From assembly GCA_021298875.1 (NCBI GenBank), contig JAJTHJ010000200.1:1-41418 (forward strand): 41,418 nucleotides of DNA, read 5' to 3'. Both the position numbers and the translations under genes were made by a program. Positions 27,762-36,626 of the stretch are shown here, piece by piece. The stretch comes from Burkholderiales bacterium (GTDB taxonomy: Bacteria > Pseudomonadota > Gammaproteobacteria > Burkholderiales > Burkholderiaceae_F). The notes beneath the pieces were generated by a model that was not told the origin of the DNA, ran no database searches, and saw nothing but the letters and a program-made list of their open reading frames with translations. Position 1 is the stretch's first letter, and the number at the start of each line of letters is the position of its first letter.

Positions 27762-28247
27762 ATGCGCACGCCGAGCCGTACCGTTGCCGCCGCACTGGCC
27801 GAATCCCCTGCTGCCGCGTTGCTGGAGCGACTGGCCGCCACGCAAAGTGCAGCCGCCGCGATTGCCGACGCAGTGGCCGAACTCACTCCCGGCCTGAACT
27901 TGACCCAGCCTGGCACGGCGGACTTGCACGGGGAAACTTTGCTTCTGAACGCCCCAACGGCCGCCGCAGCGGCCAAGTTGAGGCAGGCGATTCCGGGACT
28001 GCTCGCTCTCCTGCACCAGCAAGGGGTGGAAGTTAACCAAATTCGGCTGCGCGTACAACCCTGCGGCAGCGCACAACCCGAAGCGCATGTGACGCAGATC
28101 AGCGACGGCCCCGATACGCAGACCGACCAGCGGCGCGACGCTGCCCGACGCTTCGCCCAGGAGCTGGCGGCGCGGCTGCCGGACTCTGCCCTGCGTCGCG
28201 CGGCTGAGCGTTTACAGAAAAAGCTTGACGCGCAGAGTGGGCGCTAA
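27762..28247 (+). CDS. DUF721 / DciA-like protein
   Basis: 161 aa. The segment DLHGETLLLNAPTAAAAAKLRQAIPGLLALLHQQGVEVNQIRLRVQP fits the DUF721 pattern (G-x-L-x-L....aa-a--L-----ll--l......v--i-v-v-P). The position between secA/M23 and lpxC matches the known dciA locus in Pseudomonas. The SD is weak. Confidence 0.55.
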   Translation: MRTPSRTVAAALAESPAAALLERLAATQSAAAAIADAVAELTPGLNLTQPGTADLHGETLLLNAPTAAAAAKLRQAIPGLLALLHQQGVEVNQIRLRVQPCGSAQPEAHVTQISDGPDTQTDQRRDAARRFAQELAARLPDSALRRAAERLQKKLDAQSGR

Positions 28248-28259
28248 CAACCAACGACC

Positions 28260-28826
28260 TCACTGAGCTTGCGCGGTGACAGGGTCGTCCAACCGAACCG
28301 ACACCAACCGCCGCGCGCCGTTGAAGCGTTGGCGAAAGTAGCTGTCGCCGACCTGGCTCTCGGTGACCTTGCGCTGCCGCGGCGACGCGTGCACGAATCG
28401 CCCTTCCCCGACGTAGACACCCACGTGCGAGTAGCGACGGCCGCGCGTGTTGAAGAACACCAGATCGCCCGGTAGCAGCGCGTCCAGCGCCACCGGCTGT
28501 CCCAGCAGCGCCATCGCGGCCGCCGTGCGCGGCAAATCCGCCAGTCCAAGCCGAGACCACATCAGGCGCACCAGACCGCTGCAATCGACCCCGCCCGAGG
28601 GGTCGTTACCGCCGAAGCGATAGCGCACTCCCAGCAGCTCGCTCGCAACCTGCTCCAGCAAGGTCGCGGGCAGCAGCGGCAGGGACAGCGAGGGAGAAGA
28701 CTCCAGCACGGGCGGCGGTAACGGCTCATCGGCTTGCGTCTGTGCAACGGCAGCCGACAGACCGGCGGTCAGGGCCAGCCCGAGGGCGAGGCGACGAAGA
28801 CGAGGCGCGCGGATCATTGCCTGCAT
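28260..28826 (-). CDS. C40 family (NlpC/P60) peptidoglycan endopeptidase
   Basis: The ORF is trimmed to the ATG at 28826 (MQAMIRAPRLRRLALGLALTAGLSAAVAQ, a signal peptide). The catalytic region is RYRFGGNDPSGGVDCSGLVRLMW...SHVGVYVGEGRFVHA. Confidence 0.85.
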   Translation of the reverse strand: MQAMIRAPRLRRLALGLALTAGLSAAVAQTQADEPLPPPVLESSPSLSLPLLPATLLEQVASELLGVRYRFGGNDPSGGVDCSGLVRLMWSRLGLADLPRTAAAMALLGQPVALDALLPGDLVFFNTRGRRYSHVGVYVGEGRFVHASPRQRKVTESQVGDSYFRQRFNGARRLVSVRLDDPVTAQAQ

Positions 28827-28881
28827 TCTGCACGAGTCGAACCACAGTTCCAACGCACAACCTCGGCCATCACGGCAGACG

Positions 28882-29073
28882 CTACCCGCCCAAAAGCCGA
28901 TCTGCGATCAGCACCGCGAAGAAGAGCAGCCCCGCCCCCACCGCGGCGACGAACACCCGCAACGCCCAACGGAGAAACTTGCGTTCACCGGTGGCAAAGT
29001 AGGCGGCGACCAGTCCGGCCACGGTCAACGCCGCAACGATGAACAGTACGCGCAACAGTGCCATATGCCGCAA
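28882..29073 (-). CDS. small hypothetical two-TM membrane protein (60-63 aa)
   Basis: MRHMALLRVLFIVAALTVAGLVAAYFATGERKFLRWALRVFVAAVGAGLLFFAVLIADRLLGG has two clean hydrophobic helices joined by a basic loop. It begins 34 nt downstream of lpxC on the same strand. No family is recognised. Confidence 0.45.
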   Translation of the reverse strand: MRHMALLRVLFIVAALTVAGLVAAYFATGERKFLRWALRVFVAAVGAGLLFFAVLIADRLLGG

Positions 29074-29106
29074 TCACCCGCCGGCGGCTGCCGCAGCCGA
29101 CCTGCG

Positions 29107-30015
29107 TCACGCGAACGCCGGCTGCAAGTACGCGGCCGGCGCGGCGGCTCGGTCTTCGAAGGTGACGAAGTCCCAAGCCTCGGCATCCGCCAACAGCGCG
29201 CGCAGCAGCTTGTTGTTGATCGCGTGGCCGGACTTGTGCGCGCTGTAGGCGGCGAGCAGCGGATGCCCGAGCATGGCCATGTCGCCCATCGCGTCGAGCA
29301 GCTTGTGCTTGGCGAACTCGTCGCCGCTGCGCAGGCCGTCGACGTTGAGTACGCGGTACTCGTCCATCACGATCAGGTTTTCGAGATTGCCGCCCTGGCC
29401 CAGGCCCATCGCCCGCAGCGCTTCGACCTCGTTGACGAAGCCGAAGGTGCGCGCCCGCGCCACGGCGGTCACGTAGGGGTCGCGCGCCAGGTCCACCTCG
29501 ACGTGCTGCTCGGTGGCGTCGATGGCCGGGTGCTTGAAGTCGATCGAGAAAGACAACTTGTAGCCGAAGTGCGGCGCGAGTTGCGCCCACTTGTCGCCGT
29601 CTTCGATGCGCACCGGCTTCTTCACCCGCACGAAGCGGCGCGGTGCGTTGAGTTCGACCACGCCGGCCGACTGGATCAGGAAGACAAAGCTCGCCGCGCT
29701 ACCGTCCATCACCGGGATCTCGCCAGCATCGACGTCGATGTGGCAGTTGTCGATGCCGAGGCCCGCCAGCGCCGAGGCCAGATGCTCGACAGTGGCGATG
29801 GTGGCGCCGTCGCGGCCGAGCGTGGTGGCCATGCGCGTATCCACCACGGCGTGCGGCTCGGCCCGCACATCCACCGCCGGGTCGAGGTCGGTACGGCGAA
29901 ACACGAGGCCCGTGTCGGCGGCGGCCGGCCGCAGCACGAGTTCGACGCGCGCGCCGCTGTGCACGCCAATGCCGACCGTCTTGACCAGCGTCTTCAAGGT
30001 GCGTTGCTTGAGCAT
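29107..30015 (-). CDS. lpxC: UDP-3-O-acyl-N-acetylglucosamine deacetylase LpxC
   Basis: 302 aa. Supporting segments are [21 protein letters not shown]..., [14 protein letters not shown] and [15 protein letters not shown]. Confidence 0.93.
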   Translation of the reverse strand: MLKQRTLKTLVKTVGIGVHSGARVELVLRPAAADTGLVFRRTDLDPAVDVRAEPHAVVDTRMATTLGRDGATIATVEHLASALAGLGIDNCHIDVDAGEIPVMDGSAASFVFLIQSAGVVELNAPRRFVRVKKPVRIEDGDKWAQLAPHFGYKLSFSIDFKHPAIDATEQHVEVDLARDPYVTAVARARTFGFVNEVEALRAMGLGQGGNLENLIVMDEYRVLNVDGLRSGDEFAKHKLLDAMGDMAMLGHPLLAAYSAHKSGHAINNKLLRALLADAEAWDFVTFEDRAAAPAAYLQPAFA

Positions 30016-30087
30016 CTTTCAATTTTACCTTTGCGTGTTGCGGCGCAGAAAGCTTTTGCCTGCGCCTGCCCGCAGAATCCGGGCGCC

Positions 30088-30861
30088 ATGTCCAGCGCAC
30101 CGCCCCCCGACGCCGCGGCGAGCCCCTTCCCGCCAGTGGCCACCATCGGCGCGAGCGCGCCGTTCGGCTGGCTAGCCGCCGGCGCGCGCGATCTGGCCCG
30201 TGCGCCGGGGCCGAGCCTTTTCTACGGCGCCTGCTTCGCCGCGATGGGTTGGGCGGTCTATCTGGTGTTTCGCCACGCCTACGAGTACGCCTACGGGCTG
30301 ACCGCGGGCTTCCTGCTGCTGGGGCCTTTCCTCGCCACGGGGCTGTACGACATCAGCCGGCGGCTGGAGCGCGGCGAGCGCGTGCGGCTGGCGGACACGC
30401 TCGCCGCCTGGCGCGCCAACCGCGGCGCCTTCAGCCTGTTTGCGGTGGTGCTGATCGTGCTGATGCTGCTGTGGTCGCGTGCCTCGCTGATCACCTTTGC
30501 GCTGCATTTTTCCGGCGAAGGGATTCCGCGGGTCGATCGTTTTCTGGAACACGTGGTGAGCGTCGAGCATGCCGACTTCCTCGCCACCTGGTTTGCCGTC
30601 GGCGGCCTCTTTGCGCTGATCGTATTTGCGGTCAGCGTGGTGTCGGTACCGCTGATGCTCGACCGCGGCACCGACACCATCGTCGCCGCATTGACCAGCG
30701 TGCGCGCGTTCTTTGCCAACCCCGGGCCGCTGCTGCTGTGGGCGGTTTTGATCGCGTTGACGATCGGCGCCGGCTTCGCCACGCTGATGATCGGCCTCGT
30801 CTTCGCCGCGCCGGTCGTGGGGCATGCGACGTGGCATGCGTATCGGGCGCTGATTCGTTGA
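30088..30861 (+). CDS. DUF2189 family integral membrane protein
   Basis: The ORF 29065-30861 is trimmed to the ATG at 30088: ...PFGWLAAGARDLARAPGPSLFYGACFAAMGW...LTAGFLLLGPFLATGLYDISRRLERGERV. This matches my recollection of DUF2189. Confidence 0.7.
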   Translation: MSSAPPPDAAASPFPPVATIGASAPFGWLAAGARDLARAPGPSLFYGACFAAMGWAVYLVFRHAYEYAYGLTAGFLLLGPFLATGLYDISRRLERGERVRLADTLAAWRANRGAFSLFAVVLIVLMLLWSRASLITFALHFSGEGIPRVDRFLEHVVSVEHADFLATWFAVGGLFALIVFAVSVVSVPLMLDRGTDTIVAALTSVRAFFANPGPLLLWAVLIALTIGAGFATLMIGLVFAAPVVGHATWHAYRALIR

Positions 30862-30862
30862 A

Positions 30863-30911
30863 GGTTGTCGGTTGTCTGTTGTCCGTTAACAGAAAACAGA
30901 CAACCGACGAC
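30863..30911. repeat. Heptad-periodic palindromic element, copy B (GTTGTC type)
   Basis: GGTTGTC GGTTGTC TGTTGTC CGTT | AACAGAA AACAGAC AACCGAC GAC. The arms are complementary at 21/24 positions and are centred on GTTAAC. The element lies between convergent stops at 30861 (+) and 30918 (-). Confidence 0.8.
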
Positions 30912-30917
30912 TTGCGA

Positions 30918-32108
30918 TCAGTCCGCCTGCTTGCGCAAGAACGCCGGGATGTCGTAGCGGTCGGTGCCGGCCTCCTCCAGCGCCGACACGCGCGCGGCGG
31001 CGCTTTCGCGCCCGCTGCGCCAGACCGCGGGCGTGTCGAGCCGACCGTAGTCCGCCGGCGTCTGCGCCGCCCCCTGGTGGATCGGCTGGTTGTCGGTGCC
31101 GGTACGCAGGGCCGGCGGGGTCACCACCGACAGTGGCACTTTCTTTGCCGCCGGCCGACCGAGGCCGGTGGCGACGACCGTCACCCGCAGGTCGTCGCCC
31201 ATGCTCTCGTCGCTGACGGCGCCGAAGATCACGGTGGCGTCCTCCGCCGAAAAATGGCGGATCGTCTCCATCACCTCGCGCGTCTCCTTCATCTTCAGGC
31301 TCGACGACGCGGTGATGTTGACCAGCACGCCGCGCGCGCCGGACAGATCCACGCCTTCCAGCAAGGGGCTCGCCACCGCCGCTTCGGCCGCCACGCGAGC
31401 GCGATCCAGGCCGCTGGCGGTGGCGGTGCCCATCATCGCCTTGCCCTGCTCGCCCATCACTGTCTTCACGTCCTCGAAGTCGACGTTGACCAGACCCGGC
31501 AGGTTGATGATTTCGGCAATCCCGGCGCAGGCGTTGTGCAGCACGTCGTCGGCGGCGCGGAAGCACTCGTGCATGCCGGCATCCTCGCCCAGCACTTCTT
31601 CGAGCTTGTTGTTGAGGATCACGATCAGCGAGTGCACGCGGTCTTCCAGTTCGGCCACCCCGGCTTCGGCGATCTTGCTGCGCTTCGGCCCCTCGAACTC
31701 GAAGGGCTTGGACACCACCGCCACGGTCAGGATGCCGAGCTCCTTGGCCACCTCGGCCACCACCGGTGCGGCGCCGGTGCCGGTGCCGCCGCCCATGCCG
31801 GCGGTGATGAACACCATGTGCGCGCCGCGCAGGGCATCGGCGATGCGTTCGCGCGCCTCTTCGGCCGCAGCGCGGCCGGCCTCGGGCTTGGCCCCCGCAC
31901 CGAGCCCGGTCTTGCCGAGTTGGATCAGGTTCTGCGACTGCGAGCGGGCCAGCGCCTGATGGTCGGTGTTGGCGACGATGAACTCCACGCCCTGCACGCC
32001 GCGGCGGATCATGTGCTCGACCGCGTTGCCGCCGGCGCCGCCTACGCCGATCACTTTGATCACCGTGCCGCGCGTTTCCGTCTCCAGAATCTCGAAAGGC
32101 ATTTGCAT
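30918..32108 (-). CDS. ftsZ: cell division GTPase FtsZ
   Basis: 396 aa. Supporting segments are GVGGAGGNAV, the tubulin signature GGGTGTGAAP and the C-terminal peptide DIPAFLRKQAD. Confidence 0.95.
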   Translation of the reverse strand: MQMPFEILETETRGTVIKVIGVGGAGGNAVEHMIRRGVQGVEFIVANTDHQALARSQSQNLIQLGKTGLGAGAKPEAGRAAAEEARERIADALRGAHMVFITAGMGGGTGTGAAPVVAEVAKELGILTVAVVSKPFEFEGPKRSKIAEAGVAELEDRVHSLIVILNNKLEEVLGEDAGMHECFRAADDVLHNACAGIAEIINLPGLVNVDFEDVKTVMGEQGKAMMGTATASGLDRARVAAEAAVASPLLEGVDLSGARGVLVNITASSSLKMKETREVMETIRHFSAEDATVIFGAVSDESMGDDLRVTVVATGLGRPAAKKVPLSVVTPPALRTGTDNQPIHQGAAQTPADYGRLDTPAVWRSGRESAAARVSALEEAGTDRYDIPAFLRKQAD

Positions 32109-32252
32109 CTCCTCAAGGTTGGTTCAAAGCACGAAACTCGAAACGCGCAATGTCAACGGCGGTGGCAGCTGCCGCTCGCCCGCTGCTGTTGACACTGCAC
32201 GCTTCACCCCCACCCGCACGACGGCTGCCGTGCGGGTCAATCCTGCGCGCCG

Positions 32253-33488
32253 TCAGAAATTCCCGACGACCCATTCCTTCATCCTTTTCAGCGTCCGCGA
32301 GAACGACCCCGTCTGCGCCGCCATGCGCTGCCCGCGCGTGCGCTGCGCGTGCGCTTCGACGAGCAGCCCCATCACCGTGGCAAAGCGCGGGTTGCGCACC
32401 ACGTCGGCGAGCTTGCCTTCGTAGCGCGGCCAGCCGACGCGCACGGGCTTGAGAAACACGTCTTCGGCCAGTTCCACCGCGCCGGGCAGCAGACTCGTGC
32501 CGCCGGTGACCACGATCCCGGAGGACAGCAGCTCCTCGAAGCCGGAGTCGCGGATCGCCTTGTGCGTCAGCGTGAAGAGTTCTTCCACGCGCGGCTCGAT
32601 CACCGCCGCCAGCGCCTGCCGCGACAGCAGCCGTGGCGCGCGGTCGCCCAGGCCGGGGATCTCGATGCGCTCGTTGGGGTCGGCCAGCACCTCCTTGGCC
32701 ACCCCGTAGGCGAGCTTGATCTCCTCGGCGTCCGGCAGCGGCGTGCGCAGCGCCATCGCGATGTCGTTGGTGATCTGGTCGCCGGCAATGGGGATCACCG
32801 CGGTGTGCCGGATCGCCCCGCCGGTAAAAATCGCCACGTCGCTGGTGCCGCCGCCGATATCGACCAGCGCCACGCCGAGCTCCTTCTCGTCCTCGGTGAG
32901 CACCGACAAACTGGAGGCCAGCGGTTGCAGAAAGAGGTCGCTCACCTCCAGCCCGCAGCGGCGTACGCACTTGACGATGTTCTGCGCCGCGCTCACCGCG
33001 CCGGTGACGATGTGCACGCGCACCTCCAGCCGCACGCCGCTCATGCCGAGCGGCTCGCGGATGTCCTCCTGCCCGTCGACGATGAACTCCTGCGTCAGCA
33101 CGTGCAGCGTCTGCTGGTCGGTCGGGATGTTGACCGCGCGCGCCGTCTCCAGCACGCGCGCCACGTCGGCGGCGCTCACTTCGCGATCCTTGATCGCCAC
33201 CATGCCGCTGGAGTTGAAGCTCCTGATGTGGTTGCCGGCGATGCCGGTGATCACCTCGCCGATGCGGCAGGCGGCCATCAGCTCGGCCTCCTCCAGCGCG
33301 CGGCGGATCGAGGCGACGGTCGCCTCGATGTTGACCACCACGCCGCGGCGCAACCCCTCGCTGGGCGTCTGCCCGAGGCCGATCACTTGGAAGCGCCCGT
33401 CGGGCAGCACCTCGGCCACCGCCACCACCACCTTGGAGGTGCCGATGTCCAGGCCGACGAGGATGTCGCGGGTCTCGGTCTTTTTCAT
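32253..33488 (-). CDS. ftsA: cell division protein FtsA
   Basis: The ORF 32253-34256 is trimmed to the ATG at 33488: MKKTETRDILVGLDIGTSKVVVAVAEV...DIGGGTSDVAIF. It is actin-like. The 5' extension is out-of-context read-through across ftsQ. Confidence 0.93.
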   Translation of the reverse strand: MKKTETRDILVGLDIGTSKVVVAVAEVLPDGRFQVIGLGQTPSEGLRRGVVVNIEATVASIRRALEEAELMAACRIGEVITGIAGNHIRSFNSSGMVAIKDREVSAADVARVLETARAVNIPTDQQTLHVLTQEFIVDGQEDIREPLGMSGVRLEVRVHIVTGAVSAAQNIVKCVRRCGLEVSDLFLQPLASSLSVLTEDEKELGVALVDIGGGTSDVAIFTGGAIRHTAVIPIAGDQITNDIAMALRTPLPDAEEIKLAYGVAKEVLADPNERIEIPGLGDRAPRLLSRQALAAVIEPRVEELFTLTHKAIRDSGFEELLSSGIVVTGGTSLLPGAVELAEDVFLKPVRVGWPRYEGKLADVVRNPRFATVMGLLVEAHAQRTRGQRMAAQTGSFSRTLKRMKEWVVGNF

Positions 33489-34204
33489 GGCGCAAAGGCG
33501 ACGGCAAAGCCGTTGGGGTAGCGCGCGTCGATGCGGCGCGGCGGGTGGCTGGAGTGCGCGGCCAGTTGCGGATAGGCGGCGACGATCTGCCGCAAGCGCT
33601 GCTCGACCTGGCCGGGCGGCTCGTCGCGGCCCAGTTGAACTTGCAGCGGTGCATCGGTGGCAAGCGACCAGGACTGCCGCTCGCTCACCTGCACCTGCTC
33701 GACCTTGTGCCCGAGCGGCGCCAGCGCCGCGGTAAACGCGGCGTGCCGGCGCACCGCTTCGCCGGCCAGCGCCGGCGGGCCGCCGAACTCCACCAGCGGC
33801 CCGTACACCTCGGCCTCGGCCGGGTTGGCGGTGAAGAGCACGCCAGCGTCCGACACCAGCCGGCCGTCGTCCCACAGGCCGAGTGCGCGGTGTTCGGTCA
33901 GCTCGACCACCATCAGGTCGGGCCAGACGCGACGCACGGTCGCCTGCGCGACCCAGGGCACCGTCTCGACGGCGCGGCGCGCCTCGTCCAGCCGCAGCGT
34001 GAAGTAATTGCCGGCGAGCCGCCCGGCGATGGCCGCGCGCAGTTCGGCACTGGTCACGTGGCGCACGTCGCCGCGCACCTCGACCCGCTTGAAGTCGAAC
34101 CACGGCCGCTGCGCCACCCAGCGCGCCACCTGCACCAGCGCCAGCAGGATGGCGAGCAGCACGATCAGCCGCGTGGCCCACTGGATCAGCCGCAGCGAGT
34201 TCAT
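33485..34204 (-). CDS. ftsQ: cell division protein FtsQ
   Basis: The ORF is trimmed to the ATG at 34204: MNSLRLIQWATRLIVLLAILLALVQVARWV...FDFKRVEVRGDVRHVT (TM segment plus POTRA). It has 4-nt overlaps with ddl and ftsA. Confidence 0.85.
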   Translation of the reverse strand: MNSLRLIQWATRLIVLLAILLALVQVARWVAQRPWFDFKRVEVRGDVRHVTSAELRAAIAGRLAGNYFTLRLDEARRAVETVPWVAQATVRRVWPDLMVVELTEHRALGLWDDGRLVSDAGVLFTANPAEAEVYGPLVEFGGPPALAGEAVRRHAAFTAALAPLGHKVEQVQVSERQSWSLATDAPLQVQLGRDEPPGQVEQRLRQIVAAYPQLAAHSSHPPRRIDARYPNGFAVAFAP

Positions 34205-35190
34205 CGCGCCGTCTCCAGCCGCGCGCGCGCCAGGATGTCCAACACGACGTCGGCATAGCTCATGCCCACTGCGCGCGCGGCGATCGGCACCAGCGAGTGA
34301 CTGGTCATGCCGGGCGAGGTGTTCAACTCGATCAGGTACGGGCGGTCGCCGCGGGCGTCCTGCGCCAGCATCACGTCCACCCGCCCCCAGCCGCGCGCGC
34401 CGACCGCGGCGTAGGCGCGCAGGCACAACTGCTGGATCTCGTGCGCCATCGCATCGTCGAGCGGCGCCGGACACAGGTACTGCGTCTCGTGCGAGACGTA
34501 CTTGTGCTCGTAGTCGTAGTTGCCGCCGGGGGCGCGGATTTCGATCAGCGGTAGCGCGCGGGCGGTGGCACCTTCGCCGAGGATCGCGCAGGTCAGTTCG
34601 CGCCCCTCGATCAACTGTTCGATCAGCACGCTCGCGTCGTAATGCGCCGCGGTGGCGTAGGCGGCGGCCAGCTCGTCGCTGTCGTGCGTCAGCACCTTGG
34701 TGATGCCGATAGTCGAGCCTTCGTGCGCGGGCTTGACGATCAGCGCGTCGCCGAGTTCGGCCACCATGCGGCGCCAGTCGGTGTCGGCCTGCGCGACGCG
34801 CCAGTCGGGCGTGGCCAGGCCTTCCGCCTCCCACAGCCGCTTGGTCAGCAGCTTGTCGATGGCAATCGCCGAAGCCTGCACGCCGCTGCCGGTATACGGG
34901 ATGCCGAGCGTCTCCAACACGCCCTGGATCGTGCCGTCCTCGCCAAAACGCCCGTGCAGCGCGATGAACACGCGGTCGAACTTCGCGGCTTCCAGCTCCG
35001 CCAGCGACTGCGTGCCGGGGTCGAACGGGTGCGCGTCCACACCGCGGCTGCGCAACGCTTCCAGCACGCCGGTGCCGGACATGATCGACACCTCGCGCTC
35101 GGCCGAGCGGCCGCCGAGCAGGACGCCGACTTTGCCGAAAGGCCGTGATCCGTGATCTGTGATCGGTGATCCGTTGGGTAGGTGCGTCAT
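34201..35190 (-). CDS. ddl: D-alanine--D-alanine ligase
   Basis: 329 aa. Supporting segments are ...FGKVGVLLGGRSAEREVSIMSG...ALHGRFGEDGTIQG...IELNTSPGMTSHS. The first ~15 codons are encoded by the heptad palindrome (copy C). Confidence 0.92.
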   Translation of the reverse strand: MTHLPNGSPITDHGSRPFGKVGVLLGGRSAEREVSIMSGTGVLEALRSRGVDAHPFDPGTQSLAELEAAKFDRVFIALHGRFGEDGTIQGVLETLGIPYTGSGVQASAIAIDKLLTKRLWEAEGLATPDWRVAQADTDWRRMVAELGDALIVKPAHEGSTIGITKVLTHDSDELAAAYATAAHYDASVLIEQLIEGRELTCAILGEGATARALPLIEIRAPGGNYDYEHKYVSHETQYLCPAPLDDAMAHEIQQLCLRAYAAVGARGWGRVDVMLAQDARGDRPYLIELNTSPGMTSHSLVPIAARAVGMSYADVVLDILARARLETAR

Positions 35191-35225
35191 GGTGGCTCTT
35201 GCCTTAACGGATCACCGATCACGGA
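35144..35225. repeat. Heptad-periodic palindromic element, copy C (GTGATC type), overlapping the murC 3' end and the ddl 5' end
   Basis: CGTGATC CGTGATC TGTGATC GGTGATC CGTT ...30 nt... AACGGATCACCGATCACGGA. The segments 35156-35175 and 35206-35225 are complementary at 19/20 positions. Confidence 0.8.
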
Positions 35226-36606
35226 CAACGCGCGCTGCCAGCGCGCCAGCCACGCCGCCGATCGACCCCGCACCCATCGCAATCACCACGTCGCCGGGGC
35301 GCGCGGCGGCGAGGATCGCGGCGGGGAGTTCATCGATCTTCTCGACGAACAGCGGCTCCACCTGCCCCGCGGTGCGCACCGCGCGCGCGAGCGCGGCGCC
35401 GTCAGCGGCGACGATCGGCGGCTCACCCGCCGGGTAAACCTCGGTCAGCAGCAGCGCATCGGCGCGGCCGAGCACCGCAACGAAGTCGTCGAAGCAATCG
35501 CGCGTGCGGCTGTAGCGGTGCGGCTGGAACGCCAGCACGATGCGCCGGCCGGGAAACGCGCCGCGCGCGGCCTCCAGCGTGGCCGCCATCTCGGCCGGGT
35601 GGTGGCCGTAGTCGTCGATCAAGGTAAAGCTGCCGCCCGCGACCGGCACGTCGCCATGCCGCGCAAAGCGGCGGCCAACCCCGGTGAAGTCGGCCAGCGC
35701 CTGGGCGATGGCGGCGTCGGCCACGCCCAGTTGCGTGCCCACCGCCACCGCGGCCAGTGCGTTGCAGACGTTGTGCCGGCCCGGCAGGTTCAAGCGCAGC
35801 GGCAGCGGCGCCGCGCCCTCGCGCAGCGCGGTAAAGCGCATCGACAGACCCTCGGGCGTCACGTCCACCGCGCGCACCTGCGCCTGCGCGCTCAAGCCGT
35901 AGGTCAGCACCGGCTTAGCGACAAAGGGCAGGATCTCGCGCACGTGCGCGCAGTCCACGCACAGCACCGCGGTGCCGTAAAACGGCAGGTGCGAGAGGAA
36001 CTGGATGAACGCCTGCTTCAACCGCACCGGGTCGTGGCCGTAGGTGTCCATGTGGTCATAGTCGATGTTGGTCACGACGGCCAGCACCGGCAGCAGGTTG
36101 AGGAAGCTCGCGTCGGATTCGTCGGCCTCGACCACGATGAAGTCGCCGCCGCCCAGCCGTGCGTTGGCGCCGGCGGCGTTCAGCCGTCCGCCGATAACGA
36201 AGGTCGGGTCCAGCCCGCCGGCGGCGAGCACGCTGGCCACGAGGCTGGTGGTCGTCGTCTTGCCGTGCGTGCCGGCGATGGCAATGCCTTGCTTCAGCCG
36301 CATCAACTCGGCCAGCATCACCGCGCGCGGCACCACCGGCACGCGGCGCGCGCGCGCGGCGCGCACTTCCGGGTTGTCCGGCGCGACGGCGGAAGACACT
36401 ACCACCGCGTCGGCGCCGGCCACGTGTGCCGCGTCGTGGGCGATCGCCACCGTCGCGCCGAGCGCGGCGAGCCGCTGCGTGGTGGCGGACTCTGCCGCGT
36501 CCGAGCCGCTGACCGCGTAGCCGAGGTTCACCAGCACTTCGGCGATGCCGCTCATGCCGCTGCCGCCGATGCCGACAAAGTGAATTCTGCGGACCGCGTG
36601 CTTCAT
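35212..36606 (-). CDS. murC: UDP-N-acetylmuramate--L-alanine ligase
   Basis: The ORF 35212-36732 is trimmed to the ATG at 36606: [30 protein letters not shown]...[11 protein letters not shown]. The upstream 42 codons are REP sequence (VVPAEAGTQ...[10 protein letters not shown]). Confidence 0.92.
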   Translation of the reverse strand: MKHAVRRIHFVGIGGSGMSGIAEVLVNLGYAVSGSDAAESATTQRLAALGATVAIAHDAAHVAGADAVVVSSAVAPDNPEVRAARARRVPVVPRAVMLAELMRLKQGIAIAGTHGKTTTTSLVASVLAAGGLDPTFVIGGRLNAAGANARLGGGDFIVVEADESDASFLNLLPVLAVVTNIDYDHMDTYGHDPVRLKQAFIQFLSHLPFYGTAVLCVDCAHVREILPFVAKPVLTYGLSAQAQVRAVDVTPEGLSMRFTALREGAAPLPLRLNLPGRHNVCNALAAVAVGTQLGVADAAIAQALADFTGVGRRFARHGDVPVAGGSFTLIDDYGHHPAEMAATLEAARGAFPGRRIVLAFQPHRYSRTRDCFDDFVAVLGRADALLLTEVYPAGEPPIVAADGAALARAVRTAGQVEPLFVEKIDELPAAILAAARPGDVVIAMGAGSIGGVAGALAARVVRDR

Positions 36607-36626
36607 CGCTGCGCCCCCCGCGCGAC

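Noticed and set aside
33489-34256. 5' extension of the ftsA ORF (32253-34256) and of the ftsQ ORF (33485-34834)
   Set aside because: The extensions overlap ftsQ and ddl respectively in other frames and are Arg/Ala-rich. The canonical starts (MKKTETRDILVGLDIGTS and MNSLRLIQW) give normal-length proteins with 4-nt gene overlaps.
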